Source: the human T2T-CHM13v2.0 reference genome, Homo sapiens. Taken from it: a stretch of DNA of 64,000 nucleotides. Below are positions 29,341 through 43,990 of this stretch, one piece after another (position 1 is the first letter of the stretch; the number at the start of each line of letters is the position of its first letter). The stretch lies in assembly GCF_009914755.1 (NCBI RefSeq), contig NC_060925.1. One strand, given 5' to 3'. The notes under the pieces were generated by a model. It worked only from the letters and a program-made list of their open reading frames with translations, was not told the origin of the DNA and made no database searches. A program made the position numbers and the translations under genes.

Positions 29341-30457
29341 TGTTCCCATTTATAAAAGTGGAATCATAAGAGCTGTTCTTACCACAGAGCTTTAGTTGAG
29401 GCTGAAAACAATATAAAAATACATTTGCAGTTTTTCTTTACTTTGTATCTTGCCCTTTCAATTTATCATATGAAGAAACTTATTCTCAGAGGTGGTAGGA
29501 GACCTATCAAAGGTAGAATAGATAATGACAGCCAGACTTAGGTCTTCTGACTCAAAGGTTTGAGTTTTTCCCCATTGAACTAAACTTTTGGGTAGACACA
29601 ATATCAACTGATTGTTGAAATGGAAACATTTTTATCTACTTTGATTTCCCCCCTGTTTTTAGATAAAAGAGGGGTACATGTTCAGAGGAATGTAATGGCT
29701 TTCTAAGTCAACAGCCTCTCAAGTGGTAGATACCAGAGCAGTCTCCTAGCCAGATGTGACTTCCAGAGCTCTCTGCCTTCCCTGGCTCACTTTCTCTTCA
29801 TTCAAATTATTCTCTAGAAAAGGTTGTCATTTAAAGGTCATCCTGTCATATCTCAAAGGCACTGCACTATCCCAATGCCGAAAACCCCCTATTTCTCTTG
29901 TGTGCACCCCACTTTTCAGGGAAAGTAGAACCACAAAAGTAGAACTTTCAATATTGAGCTGCTAAAGTGTTCCAATATTGGGCTTAATTTACCAAGTTCA
30001 TAATGACAAACTGAAAAAGAGTAGTCCAATTAAAATCTGGAAACAGATATTAATACTTTTTAAAGAATAAGTATAATGATAGGTAAGGATTTCTCTTTTG
30101 ATTCTCACTTTTTAGGCTTTGTTCTATATATTTAAATATATAGAAATTCACATATATAAATAAACAAAATATTGTATATATTAAAAAAAAAGAATAAGGA
30201 TAATGAACAATGCTAAAATACCATGTAGTGTGAGTCTGGTTGGAAACAAAAATTACCTTTAACAAATTCTATTTTAGTTAGTGTTTAAACACAGCATCCA
30301 CATTTTGAACCAGGTTTCAACATTATGAGATACGTGTTTGGATAATTGTATACTTCATGGAAGTATAATAAACATATATGTACTAATAATCCTTTCTTAA
30401 GAATATCTGCCCATTGAAGGGTCTTGTAGGTTGGAGGCAAAGTTTATTTATATAACT

Positions 30458-30812
<355 letters not shown>

Positions 30813-32089
30813 TAATCGTTTAAAGATGCACCAGTTACTGGATTACAGAATAAGATACGTCAATTTAAGTTTCAAATTTCAAATGCTTGGAGACTGCCAG
30901 ATTTCATAGATTTGGAAGGGGAATCCCTGGAACCAAATCTCGGAAAGTTGGCCAGGTAGCCAATGGTGGACACTTTCTGTGATGGAGCTTTAGCTACTGG
31001 GGCAGTGTCTTTGAACTGTTCTCATCAGTGCAGAGTTCTTTTTATTTGGGCAAAATCAGCCTTTCTGTTCTCTAGATACAAATTATGTCTAATCCTTCTT
31101 TCACATGGTAGCCCTTAGACAACAGATTTTTGAGAACAGGTACTAATTCTCTCTTAGTCTTAATTTTCCTCTTTTCTAGGCCAATCAAACCTAAGTTCCA
31201 CATGCTTTTTTCTCTATATAAAATGATTTCCATATAATTATCCTAAGCTTTGAGAATAATGTTTTTTTTTTTTATTATTTTGCACAACAGGGGTTTTCAC
31301 CAATTTTTATTATAAAAGGTTAAAAAAGAATTAAAGATTACAGAAAGGAATAAAATGAGAAAAGTTAAGTATTCTCTCCCCTCCCTGATCATTTAGGTCC
31401 TTGCCTCAGAGATAACTTCTACTAAAAGTTTCTGGAAGGACTTTCAACGTACAACATGAGTGTGTGTAAATATATATGCTTTACACATATATGTATATGT
31501 ATGTGTATACCATTAGAATTATAATAAAATACAAATTCAAAGTTTAACCATGTTCATATATGTACATTGTTCAATAATGCTTAATGACAAAAATAGCTAC
31601 AATTTAATTATTATAATTCAGGGATTATGCTAAACACTGCATATGGTGTCACATTTAACCCTCATAAGAATCCTATAAGGTAAATGATAGTAACGGTCAT
31701 CTTATAGTTGAATAAACTAAGGCACAGAGAGGTTAAGTTGCGTGAGGTTACACAGGCTCTACTTATTCTATATTGAGTAAAATGCCATAGAGAAATGCCC
31801 ATACGATTGCAAATGAAGAATTTAGTGGTGAATTTTTTTATTTGCTTCTTTCTCTGAGGCAAGGAAAAATAGGAGTGATTGAGAGAACCAAAATGAGTTC
31901 AGTTGTTTTTTAATCCCATGAAAGTACAAATATGTTTTCTTTACTTAAATATAAAGAATTTAAAAACACTGGAAATGAAAACAGCAAAAACAGCATTGAA
32001 TAAAGCTGATTAAGACTTGATACGGCACTGAGAGAACAATACAATTGATGAAGCATTATATATTTTTGGAAAAATATATTGCAAATGAA

Positions 32090-32590
32090 AATGGATCCCC
32101 ACTGCTCTTAGGATAAAATCCAAGGTATTCTTAACAGGACATCAGAAGCCCTTTGTGGCACCTGTGAAAGCTGGCCCAACAAAACTTGTTGTCGCTCCAC
32201 TGGTAGATCCCCTCCCCAGCCTGCACCTCCATCTTTATGTTTTTGCATACACTGTTCTCTCAACTCAGGCCAACTTATCCCATAGACCCCTGGACACCCA
32301 CTTTTCCAGGTTATCTCCTATTCATTCTTCAGGGTTTAGCTCAGATATTCCTTAATCGCAGGCTGCATGCAATGGTCATTCTCCATGCTCCTCAGCAGCC
32401 TTTACTTCCGTATCACAGCTCTCATCACATTGAGTTGTGACATGCTGCCTGGCCTGTCTCTCCCTCTAGTCTGTAAGTAAAGTTCAGAGCAAGGCTGGGT
32501 CTTATTTGCCTTTGTAGTCTTGTCATTGCTTGGCATTTATTAGGAGCCTGATAAATACTTGTTGGATGCACAAAAGCATGAATGGATTTT
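32090..32590. mobile_element. L2 fragment
   Basis: CCACTGCTCTTAGGATAAAATCCAA ... ATAAATACTTGTTGGATG, typical L2 3' region. Confidence 0.6.
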
Positions 32591-34484
32591 GAATTTTTAA
32601 AAGGGCATTTATAATGAAATATGCCCATCCAAATCTAAAAATAAGCATACAGCTAGGTTTTAACAGAAATGAGGCCAGGTTTGAGAGAAATGTAACTGTT
32701 GGTCGAAAGCTAGACCAATTCAGTAATGAGCATTTTTTCATATGTAAAGACACTGGAAGTGAAAGAAAGATGGTTAATATATAGCCTAGATCCTTAACAG
32801 TTTTCTAATATAGACATGTCAAGAAAGAATTAGCTTACCAAAAGATTGTGCTTTTTCGACCAACAAATACAATCTACTGTATGATTCATCATAAAGGTCA
32901 CTTTTTTTTTTTTAGCCAAAAAAGGAAACTCAAAATGTATACAATTTTTTTAATGAACTGACAATAGATGACTTTCATCTATAGATCTGTGTATTTCTTA
33001 ATCGGTGTCATTAAGTTTTAATCTTAGCCATTTTCAGGTTTAATATTAAAAGTTCTTTGTATCATCTTTGGCCGTCTGCAGTTGTATATAAGCTTTGTGC
33101 TAACTTAACTGCTTTTTTAAATCTGTGCTCACCATCTTGAACTCCTTTTGGAAAAAAGCTATGTTTGAGATGGATGAAGAATGCTGGAGTTTAGATTGTG
33201 CATTTCCTTGTTGCGAAAGGTGTAACTCTGAAAAAACTAAATTACAGTTATTGTATATTAAACAGCTATTCCTGAAATTTACTTGGAAGCTTTTGAAAGA
33301 GTAGCTCAGTATCTGAGGAGAAGTTCTTCACGGTCCAAGAAATTAGGAAGTTCCATAACATGTGCCAAGGGATCTGGCAATTTCTACTACCTTTAGTTGC
33401 TTTATCCCACATGTCACAGGCCATAGTCTAGATGCAAAAAATATCTTTTTATTTCAATAACACATCAGAACATAGTTTTAAAAGTGCTAGAGATAGAAAC
33501 TTTAAATTAAAATTAAAATGCGTGTAGTATTAACAGCGCAAATGTCACCACCAAGGAAGCAACCAGATGAGCCAATGCCTCCTGTGCAGTGTTAAGTTTG
33601 CATGTGCAGAAAATTACTGTTGTTGTATTGTGGTGTAGTACTCTACCTGGTAGCTGGCAAGTGTGTTTGGCATACATTGTAAGCCACTTCCTAATTTTAG
33701 AAGTGTTATGCTGTGAAAAAAGTGCAATTAGAATTGGAGATATTTGACAAAAGTCAGGGTGAATAAATAGTATAATAATAGTTATATAAAGTGCAATAGG
33801 GGTGCAGAAGAAGGAGCCATAATTTTAACCAGGAAGACTAAAGAAGGCCACAGTGGAAGTTGATATTTGAGCCAGAAATCTGTAGGAAAAGAAAGAAAGA
33901 AAACCCGTTTTGGGCTTTGGGCTAATGCACAGTGGCATCATAGTGCATGGTATGTTTAGAGAATTGCATTTAGGCTTGAAGCTGGAGCCCAGATGGGTGG
34001 GAGGTGCTATAGCAGATGGTGCTGGGAAGATAAGACCCAGGTCAGGGTGAGTCTGCTTGAGGAGGTTGGACTTTATTCTGCAGGCAGTGGGAGGCCAGTG
34101 AAGATTTGGAGATGGGGTGAGGTAGGGCTGACTTATCTACTAGGCACAGTGTCTAGAAACCACAATAATTTTAGGGTCCACAAAAATGTTTACATTTTAA
34201 TTGCCTTTAAAAATCAGAATAAAATAAATAAGTATAACAATAATGAATTCATCTTTATTCAAATGCAGTCATTAAAATATATGTTTTTTTTTCTGTTAAT
34301 AGAGGAATAGGTCCATGAAGGTAAAAATGCCTACGGCCTACAAAAGTCATACTGCAGCCCCAGGGAAAAGAGGGCAAAATGTGAATCCTGGAGATAATTT
34401 ACAGCTGTGTGAAGGATGAATCCCACCGGTGGTTCCTAACTGTGATCTGGCTGCATCAGATGTACCTGAGTAAACACAGATTCC

Positions 34485-34860
34485 CTACTATGCAGCCGTA
34501 AAAAGGAATGAGATCATGACCTTTGCAGGGACATGGATGGAGCTGGAAGCTGTTATCCTCAGCAAACTAATGCAGGAACAGAAAACCAAACACTGCATGT
34601 TCTCACTTATAAGCGGGAGCTGAAGATGAGAACACATGGACACATGGCAGGGAACAACACACACTGGAGCTTGTCAGGGCATGGGTGGGGCGGGGGAAGG
34701 AGAGCATCAGGAAGAATAGCTAATGGATGCTGGGCTGAATACCTAGGTGATGGGTTGGTCTGTGCAGCAAACCATCATGGCACACGTTTATCTATGTAAC
34801 AAACATGCTGCACATGTACACCAGAACTTAAAATAAAAGTTGAAGGAAAAAAAGGAAAAG
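34485..34860 (+). mobile_element. 5'-truncated primate L1 3' end (L1PA8-13 class) inserted in a MER5-like element
   Basis: GCAGGGACATGGATGGAGCTGGAAGC...CATGGCACACGTTTATCTATGTAACAAAC...AATAAA + A-rich tail; TSD AAACACAGATTCC. Confidence 0.87.
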
Positions 34861-35729
34861 AAAACACAGATTCCTGGGCCCCAAGCATGTTTGATTTAGG
34901 AGGAAGGGGAGGGGTGTGTTGGAAGACAGAGCATGCCAGTGGAGGACCAGGAGAACAATCAAATTGCAGTTTAGCTGATGACCTGAGAAACAACGAAGGC
35001 CCTAGCCAGGGCAGTGTCAGTGAGACTGGGAAAAAGTCAGCCTGGGGAAGCATTGCACAGGTGAATGACAGACTGACAACCAACCAATGGTGGGGTCTGA
35101 GATACAGGAGATACCTGGATGGCAGCAGGAGAGAAGGTAGTATTTCTAGTCTCAGCCAGAAGTGGAAAATGTGATCAACTGTTTTTCTCTGCTGCAAGTT
35201 CACCATGAACATACTTGTGGAAGGGCTGAGAATACTGTTAGCTTGGCACAAGCTTTCACCAGGCTTTCAGCTTTTTGGTAGGCTGCCCATTAGGCTGTGC
35301 AGATGCCCAGGGGAGTGCTGTGGAGGGGTGTGTGGTAGAAGCAGGCCCTGTGTTTGCCTGGAGGAAGAGTGAGATAATGGGTAGAAATGCTAGAACTGAA
35401 GCTCTGTGGCTCTGGGCTGAGTCCAGGCCTAAGGCCCGAGGCCAGTACGGTGTCTGTATCGGGTGGCCCCTTCTCACTGGGAGAGCCCTAGACTCTGGTT
35501 CCTTGCTTGTTGATGGAGGCACAGCAAGAATAATCAAACACCTGAGAAACTTGGAAGATGATTATTGAAACCAGAATTTTTTTTCAGAATTCTCTGGAAA
35601 AAATAAAAAAAACAAAAAACAAAAAACAAAAAAACCAAAACAACCCTGACCCCAGAAATTCTCAGGGACTTTCTTGTACCAGCATTTGGCCACTTGAGCA
35701 TTGCGGCAAAAATCTTAGCAGATAATAGT

Positions 35730-35918
35730 CTTCATTTTTCCCTGATCCTTATTCTTATTTTAGTTTCTTCCTCTTCTGCAGTCTTTCCCTCTCTTCTCTT
35801 CTTTTGTCCTTCTCTTTCTCTTTCCCACCCATCTTCAACTTCCTTATCCCTCTCTCTTCTCCTTTGCCTCTTGTACTCATCTGCTCCCCTCTTCTCTTTT
35901 CTCCTCCCCTTCTCTCTA
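35730..35918 (+). repeat. CT-rich low-complexity polypyrimidine tract
   Basis: ~190 nt nearly devoid of G on the + strand. Confidence 0.85.
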
Positions 35919-36564
35919 GTCAGTGAGTCAGCATGCCTGGGAGATGTGGAGCCCCATGCCATATGCAGATGACTGTAGTTTTGGGATATGTGTACGCATG
36001 TGACTTAGTTCTCAGTCTGCTGCATGTGGCTCAAAAGGTGTGAAGACTGGTGTCACTTTCCAATTTAGGCAATTGCATCTGGCTTACCTAAAATTTCACT
36101 TGCTGCTTCAATCAGCAAAGTGTTTCTTCCATACTGTGACTTGGTGATGAGAGGTTTCATGAGCTGCAATACCAGAGGCAGTTGCATTTCATTCAGATGA
36201 AGGAATGAATTTTACTAATCCACAGCCCGAGAGTATAAGATAATAGCTCACCATTTCTTCCCCTCCATCTCTCTTACTTTACCTCTGTAGGAAAGCAGAT
36301 CTTTCTCTTCTTCTTCCCTGTTGCTGAAGCCTAGATATATTGCTCTATTTTCAACCCTTCCATGTCTAAATTAGTTGAGGCTGTTGAGCAGTGGGAGTAC
36401 TAGGGAATTATGAGTCAGGAACTCCAAATCTAAGCTCTGACTTTGTCATTTACAAGCTGTGACCTTGGGCAAGTCATTCAAATGAGAAAAATCATACTGA
36501 CCCTGCCTTTTTCATAGGCACAGTGGAATGTGAGAATGTAAATGAATGCATTTGCAGTTGATAC

Positions 36565-37085
36565 TCTTCATTCATTCATTGCATAAATGTCTCCTGGCTG
36601 CCTACTATGTGCTGCCACTCTTCTAGCCATGGGGGATACAGTAGACGATAAGATAGATAAGACCTTGGCACTTATGAGTTTGATTATAGTGCATGAGCAG
36701 TGAACAAAGATATATGGTTCTATGGTATGCTAAATTCTATGGAGGGCTAGAGCAAGCAGAGAATAGCTCAGGATGGTAGTAGGATGGGGAGACCTATCTT
36801 CCAGGGGCTGGTCAGGAAAGGCCCTTCTGAGGAGATAATGTTTGAGCTGACACCTGAAGAAACAGAAACAAGCAGGAAAAAGAAAGAGCAGAGTGTAGGG
36901 CATTTCAAGTTCTAGGTACAGCAAATGCAAAGACCTGGAGAAGGGGGATAGCTTTGTAGAAAGAAGTGTGTACCTGATATAACTGGTGCTTAGTGAACTA
37001 GGAGGGCATGGCCACAAATGAGGTTTGAGTTGTGTTTTTAAGAGACTGTTTGGCTGCTTGCATAGAGAGAGTTTGAGGTGGCTTC
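36565..37085. mobile_element. L2 fragment, preceded by a MIR (~36410-36560)
   Basis: TTCATTCATTCATT..., GTCAGGAAAGGCCCTTCTGAGGAGATAATGTTTGAGCTGA. Confidence 0.65.
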
Positions 37086-37174
37086 CTAGGTATTCCACAT
37101 TGTAGGCAGGATTTCTACATCATAGACAAGGTCAGCAATTATACTGTTCAACACTAAGTATCAGTCTTTTAAAA

Positions 37175-37472
37175 ATTTATTTATTTATTTGAGACAGGGT
37201 CTTGCTCTGTTGCCCAAGCTGGCTGGAATGCAGTGGTGCAATCATAGCTCACTGCTGCCTCGAATTCCTGGGCTCAAGCAAGGCTCCTGCCTCAGCTTTC
37301 CAAGTAGCTAGGACTACAGGCATGCACCCCACCATGCAGGGCTAATTTTTAAATTTTTTGTAGACCAGAGTCTTGCTATGTTGCCCAGGACGGTCTTGAG
37401 ACCTCAAGGAATCCTCCTGCCTTTGGCCTCCCAATATACAGGGATTACAGATGTGAACCACCACACCCAGCC
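37175..37472 (-). mobile_element. Alu (AluJ), followed by an L1M 3' fragment (~37490-37630)
   Basis: Antisense Alu dimer; TTCACAGCAAAATTGAGAGGAAGGTACA L1 motif. Confidence 0.85.
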
Positions 37473-39186
37473 TAAATTTAATTTTTTAAAGACGATTTTT
37501 TTTTAAGAGAAGTTTTATGTTCACAGCAAAATTGAGAGGAAGGTACAAAGATTTCCCATATATCCCCTGCCCCTACACAGGCATCGCCTCTCCCATTATC
37601 AACATCCCCCACCAGCAACATACTTTGTTATGCTCTATCATATGCAGAACTTACAATGATCCAGTGAAGTAGGTGGTATTAACAAAATGTTTTTGAGAGA
37701 AGGTTCAATTAGGTTCAATGAGCTTATACACAGTGAAACTAGCAGCAGAACTCAGGTCTTCTGCCATATTGGGACATGAGAGAGATTTTCAGAAGAGGAA
37801 TTGACATCTTGGGCACCCTGTAGCCAAGATATATCAGCTACTTTAGGAAGAGACAAGCTGGAGGGATAGGACAGGAAAAGTTGGGTTTTAATTGCCAGGG
37901 AAATTGGTTTAGATTGCCTTGAAAGTATAGCAGGATTTTACTGTAATTATTGGTCTTAAAATTCAGCCATTAAAATCTCCTAACAGGAGATAGGAGCCTG
38001 GCTTTGTCTCTGAATGTGCCAGGAGAGAACTGTCTCCATTATGCCTCTCATTGGCACACAGAGGCTGGGAAACTTTCACACACTGTCTCGTTTTGTGAGC
38101 ATTTGCAGTTGTAACGGAAGACAGCTCTATTTTATATCTTGCTTTGTTTTCAAGCCATTGCATGAAAGCCAGGCCTCTTGGCTCTTAAAAATTAACCCCC
38201 CCAAACCTATTTTAGTTTATAGCAGTGATACAGGTTAATGAAAAGAATATTTAAAACAATTCAGAGAGTAGTATAAAAATGAAAATAAAAATCCATTTTT
38301 TTCTATCTTCTCACACAGACATGGATTCTTGCATATTCACATATACATACATCCAATCATATATATAATGTACACTTGAATTCCTGGAATCCATCTATAC
38401 ATGCTATTATATAATGTGATGTTTTATTTAACATTGTCATAGATAACTTTCTATATTAGTACCTAAAGATGTACCTTATTTTCTCTAACGATTGTTTTAA
38501 ATTCCACTGTCCAAATTCCTCTATTGATAGGGGGTAAATATCTTTGAGCATATATTTTTATATATTGTATATGCAGTATACCTGTGGGAAAAATTCCTAG
38601 AAGTGGAATTACTAAGAGAAAGAACATATGCAGTTCACATTATGATAGATCCTGCATTGTTGCTAAGAACCTTGCACTAAATTAAGTTTCTAACAGTATA
38701 TGAGACTACCTGTTTTCCCACATTCTTGTCAAAGCTGAGTATTGACAAACTTCTTAATCTTTGGTAGACTCATACATGAGAAATGATGATAATGGTTTAC
38801 TTGAAACTGGCATTAAAGGTTGATATTTCTGTGAATTATTTTTGTTTTCAGAAATTAATTTGAATAGCTTTTCATTAGGTAGGCAATACATATTCAAGGC
38901 AAAACAATTTGGAAAATCCAGAAAACACAAAGAAAAAATAAAAATAACTGATAAACTTGTTTTTCATGAATAACCATTGTTAACATTTAGGATATACCTT
39001 TTTGTCTAATGCATGAAGTGTGAATGAGAAAATTTTATTACAGCAGTGGGGAAAGCATTGGAGTTGGAGCCAGTGGTTGTTCTAGATTCAAGTTTTTAAC
39101 ATTGCTGACTAGCTTTGTGACCTTGGGCAAGTCATTTAAATCCTCTGAGCCTCAGTTTCCTCCTTTGTAAAACAGATAATGCCTTT

Positions 39187-39557
39187 TAATATGATTTGGC
39201 TTTGTGTCCTCACTCAAATCTCATCTCGAATTGTAATCCCCATTTGTCGGAGGAGGGGCCTGGTGGGAGATGATTGAATCATGGGGGCAGCTTTCTCCCT
39301 TGCTGTTCTCATGATAGTGAGTGAGAACTGATGGTTTTAAAATGTGGACTTCCTTTCTCACTTTCTCTTTCTCCTGCCACCATGTAAGACGTGTCTTGCT
39401 TCCCCTTTGCCTTCTGCCATGATTGTAAGTTTCCCGAGGCCTCCTAGTCATGCTTCCTGTTAAGCCTGTAGAACTGTGAGTCAGTTAAACTTCTTTTCTT
39501 CATAAATTACCCAGGCTCAGGTAGTTCCTTATAGCGATGTGAAACTAGATTAATACA
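39187..39557 (+). mobile_element. MaLR LTR (MSTA/THE1D-like)
   Basis: ATATGATTTGGCTTTGTGTCC..CAAATCTCATCTCGAATTGTAATCCCC ... ATAAATTACCCAGGCTCAGGTAG...TAATACA. Confidence 0.8.
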
Positions 39558-39569
39558 CCTTCCTTCCTT

Positions 39570-39883
39570 TGTTTTCTTTTCTTTTTTCTGAAGCAGGTTC
39601 TTACCCTGTCACCCAGGCTGGAGTGCAGTGACATGATCAAAGCCCCCTGCAACCTTCACCTCCTGGGGTCAAGCAGTCTTCCCACCTCAGCCTCCAAGTA
39701 GCTGGGATTACAAGACTGCGACACCATGCCCAGCTAATTTTTAAATTTTAGAGATGAGGTTCTACTATGTTGCCCAGGTTGGTCTCAACCTCCTGGGCTC
39801 AAATGAGCCTCCTGCCTTGGCCTCCCAAAGTGCTGGGATTACAGACATTATTGTTCAGGCACAGTGAGCCACCATGCCCAGCC
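39570..39883 (-). mobile_element. Alu (AluJ)
   Basis: Antisense Alu; outer TSD ATAATGCCTTT. Confidence 0.85.
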
Positions 39884-40144
39884 AATAATGCCTTTCTTAT
39901 CAGATTGTTAGGAAGAACAAATGGAATAAGGAATAGAAAACTGCTCACTGTATTCCTTGCCCTATAGTGGATAACTTGATAAGTGTTGGCTGTGCTGAAG
40001 TTCAAGTGAAGTAAGGCAGTGTTGAGAATATTTTTCTTATCCTGAGGTTTCTTCAAGGTGGAGAATTTTCTCTCTTCAGTTTACAAGGCACTGAGCCTTG
40101 TCTTTGTTATATCCATTTTGGGATTGTTCATAAGTTTTTTCTCT

Positions 40145-40633
<489 letters not shown>

Positions 40634-40681
40634 CTCTTTTTCTTGTTTTCCCAGTGTTTGTTTAAAAGCTAGTTCATGTAA

Positions 40682-40905
40682 GGCAGTGGTTGTCAATGAA
40701 GGGCTATTTCATGCCCTCCTCCTGGGACATTTGGTAATGTCTGGAGACATTTTTAGTTGACACAATAGTGGGGGGAACTGTTACTGGTCTCTAGTGTGTA
40801 GAGGCCAGGGTGTTGCCAAACATGCTACAGTGTACAAAACAGCTCCTCACAACAAAGAACTTTCCTGCCCAAAATGTCAATAGTGCCGAGGTAGGGAAAC
40901 CCTGA
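40682..40905. mobile_element. MER20 (hAT-Charlie)
   Basis: GGGACATTTGGTAATGTCTGGAGACATTTTT ... GCCCAAAATGTCAATAGTGCCGAGG. Confidence 0.85.
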
Positions 40906-41666
40906 TATAGGGAATATATTGAATGTGAATTGAAGTTAATGAACCTGGTGAAGTATGCATCTATGGACTCATCAAGCTAATGGTACTTAGTGGTCGGCCC
41001 TATAAATTGAACTATACCCTACAGGAATTTCTACCAGGCTGCAGGAGGTTCTTTGCTTTTCAGGAAGATGGCGTGGAAAGCATCTAAGTTATAAAAGGGC
41101 TGTTTGGCTAGGGCTATCACCTGGAGGCAGCCGAGGTCCTAGAAGTTTGGGTCTCAGTTTTCATGGAATACAAGGTAGACTTCCTTTGTTCCTTCAAGCA
41201 TCTATTCATTCAGCAAACACTGTTAAGTGACCAGAAGGCCAAGTACTGTGCTGTGTCAGATAAAAAAGGAAAAGAAACAAAAGCTAAGATATTTCCTCTT
41301 AAAGGAGCTTAGAAGACAGTATATTATTGTGGTTAAGAACTCAGATGTGGATCTCTGCTGCGTGGGCTCAAAGCCTGGCTTTGCCACTTCTAGTTTATGT
41401 GATTTAGCCTCTTGCTTTAGGATGGAGTTGAGAATATCTAGGTCATATGATTGTGTGATGATTAAAATGTTGATGAACACAGTGTTTAGGAGAGTGTCTA
41501 GCTCAATGAAATTTGCATTCTTGTTTTTGTTATTTGTACTGTACTACTCCTACTGCTAAGGAATCTTGGAGCCTTATGGATTTTCTAGTTTAGTAGTTTC
41601 AAGTTTGATTAGTACTGGATTCCTTTTCTCAATATAGCCTTAGCCAGACTCTGAGTATATAAAATA

Positions 41667-42052
41667 CAGATATGCATAGCTTAATATAGCCATACGTTCT
41701 GAGAAACGCATCTTTGGGCAATTTTGTTGTGCAAACATCATAGAGTGTGCTTACACAAACCTGCATGGTATAGCCTGCTATGCACTTAGGCTGTAGGCTA
41801 TAGCCTATTGCTCCCAGGCTACAAGCCTGTATAGCATGTTACTGTACTGAATACTGTAGGCAATTATAACACAATGGTAAGTATATATCAAAACATATCT
41901 AAATATAGAAAAGGTAATGCACTGCACTAAGATGTTATGATGGCTGCAACATCACTAGGTGATAGGAGTTTTTCAGCTGTTATTATCCTATGGGATGACT
42001 GTCATATATTCAATGTCATTCACCTAAACATCATTATGTGCACATGACTGTA
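41667..42052. mobile_element. Tigger3/MER7 (TcMar-Tigger) deletion derivative
   Basis: TACGTTCTGAGAAACGCATC, TATAGCCTATTGCTCCCAGGCTACAAGCCTGTA; TA-flanked CAG...CTG ends. Confidence 0.8.
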
Positions 42053-43738
42053 TATGAGAACAGCAGCTCTTGTTAAAGTAAGGGTGGGAGTCTGGACACT
42101 GCTTTCTGGGACCACTCCCCTCTCTCCCCACAACAGTGTTGTCTGGGAGAGAACCTGGGACTGTGTAGAACCCTGTTTGCCACCCAGCAATCTCATCCAG
42201 TCCACTCACTTTGAGTGAGGAAACTGAGGCCTAGAGAGAGGAAGTGATTTAAAAGGAGGCTAAAGCAAGACAGGAGTAGCTCTAATGTACATGTGCCAAA
42301 CACAGACAGGGTGCTCTATGAGGGAGTTCAGAGAAGGTAGAGATGGGCCCCTTCTTGGTTAGGTTGAGGTCTTGAAGGATGGGTAGGATTTGAACATTCC
42401 AGATAAAGTTGGAAAGAGTATTTTCACAGGAAGAAATAGAATGATAAAGGGATGGAGGAAAAAGCATTGTAGTCTTTACCCGTTTCTTAGTCAGTCTATT
42501 TAAAACATATTACTTAAAAACCAAAGGAAGGTAGTTGTCATAAAGTCACAGAGTAATTCCTGGGGCCCAGGGGCAGTGGAGCCAGCCCATATGCACCTGG
42601 TACCCCAGAAGTGAGCACCTCCTGGAAGCCCCCTCTCCAGTGCCCCATAGTTCTTGTTTCCCTTCCTGTGCATTTGCTCTGCCCTTCACTCTCTCTGAAG
42701 ACCAGCTTTATTGTCTTCTCTGTGTACATGGCTTCCTCAGAGGTCCTGAATTTCTATGCCACTGCTTAAAGCAACCAGTTCTCAACGATCATCTGTCTCT
42801 GAATCCCAAATTCTAAATTCCAGGAGGAAAGAATCCAATTACACATATAGGTATTATTTGTGTGCGTCTCATCCAAAATTTTAGACAGACTAGGGCATGT
42901 GAGGAACCTGTCTTATGTTGAGATGGATGGCAAAGCCCTACTCAAAGATGAAAAAGGAGGAAAACTGGCCCTCAAGTTGCTCTTTTACCAGCAGTAGAAA
43001 GAAGGGTCTATATAACTATAACAAAGTATGAGATAGACAGTACAGGTAAAAAGTAAGAGGGTTGATGAAGGCTTCTTGAATGGGGACATTAGTGCTGGCT
43101 TTGCAGTGTAGGCAAGATTTCTTGGTGGAGAGGGAGATGGGGGAGGACATTCCAAACTAGAAGCTTGGAAGAACTTTGCATGTTTGAGTAACAGTGAGCA
43201 GTTGAGTACCTGCATATGCCAGTACTTCATTCATTCGTTTAGACAGGAAATATTTACTGAGGACCTAGTAAGGAGGAGGATATAATTATGGATAAAGAAA
43301 CAAACTTAAAATAGTTACACGGCTTCCCCAAGGTCATAGAGAATATGAATATGAACCATATCTATCATGTTTCAAACTCTTGTTTTCTCCATTTATACTT
43401 TTTCTACTTGATTCTACAAGGTCAAAAGTGACTTAGAGCAAGGTTGGTGGCTCATGCTTTTTTTCTGTTTTAAATAGAGAACTTTTGAAATTGTGCATTG
43501 TCCTTACATCCTAAAGTGAGAATAGGCCATAATTTCCATAACTATAAAATGATTTATGTGTGGGTGTATGTTTGTTTTAGGGGAATTGTTTGGTCAGGTG
43601 ATTTCTACCATCCATTCTAACTCAACATTTCATGTCTGGGTAATATTGGCAACCAGTTTGATTTAATTTATTACATAATTATTTATAATAGAAAAACACT
43701 TGAAACTGCCTAAAATGTCCCAAAATAGAGGATTGGTT

Positions 43739-43846
43739 TAGAAAATTATGATATGCCCATATAGTATTACCAAATAGAATATTAAGATATGCCTATGTAG
43801 TATTACCAAATAGAAAACTAAGATATGCCTATATAGTATTACCAAC
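43739..43846. repeat. Minisatellite, 3 x 36 bp
   Basis: Unit TAGAAAATTAAGATATGCCTATATAGTATTACCAAA with a few substitutions per copy. Confidence 0.9.
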
Positions 43847-43859
43847 TCAAAAAAGTTGC

Positions 43860-43990
43860 TTTTTTTTAATGGTAGAGATGGTGTCTCACCATGTTGCCCA
43901 GTCTGGTTGTGAACTCCTGGGCACAAGCAATTCTCCCACCTCAGCCTCTCAAAGTGTTGGGATTAGAGGCGTGAGCCACCATGCCCAGCT
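43860..43990 (-). mobile_element. Alu left monomer (FLAM/AluJ fragment)
   Basis: Single antisense Alu arm. Confidence 0.8.

Noticed and set aside
43739-43846. 36-bp repeats as a CRISPR-like array
   Set aside because: Units are head-to-tail with no spacers, and the context is human intronic DNA.
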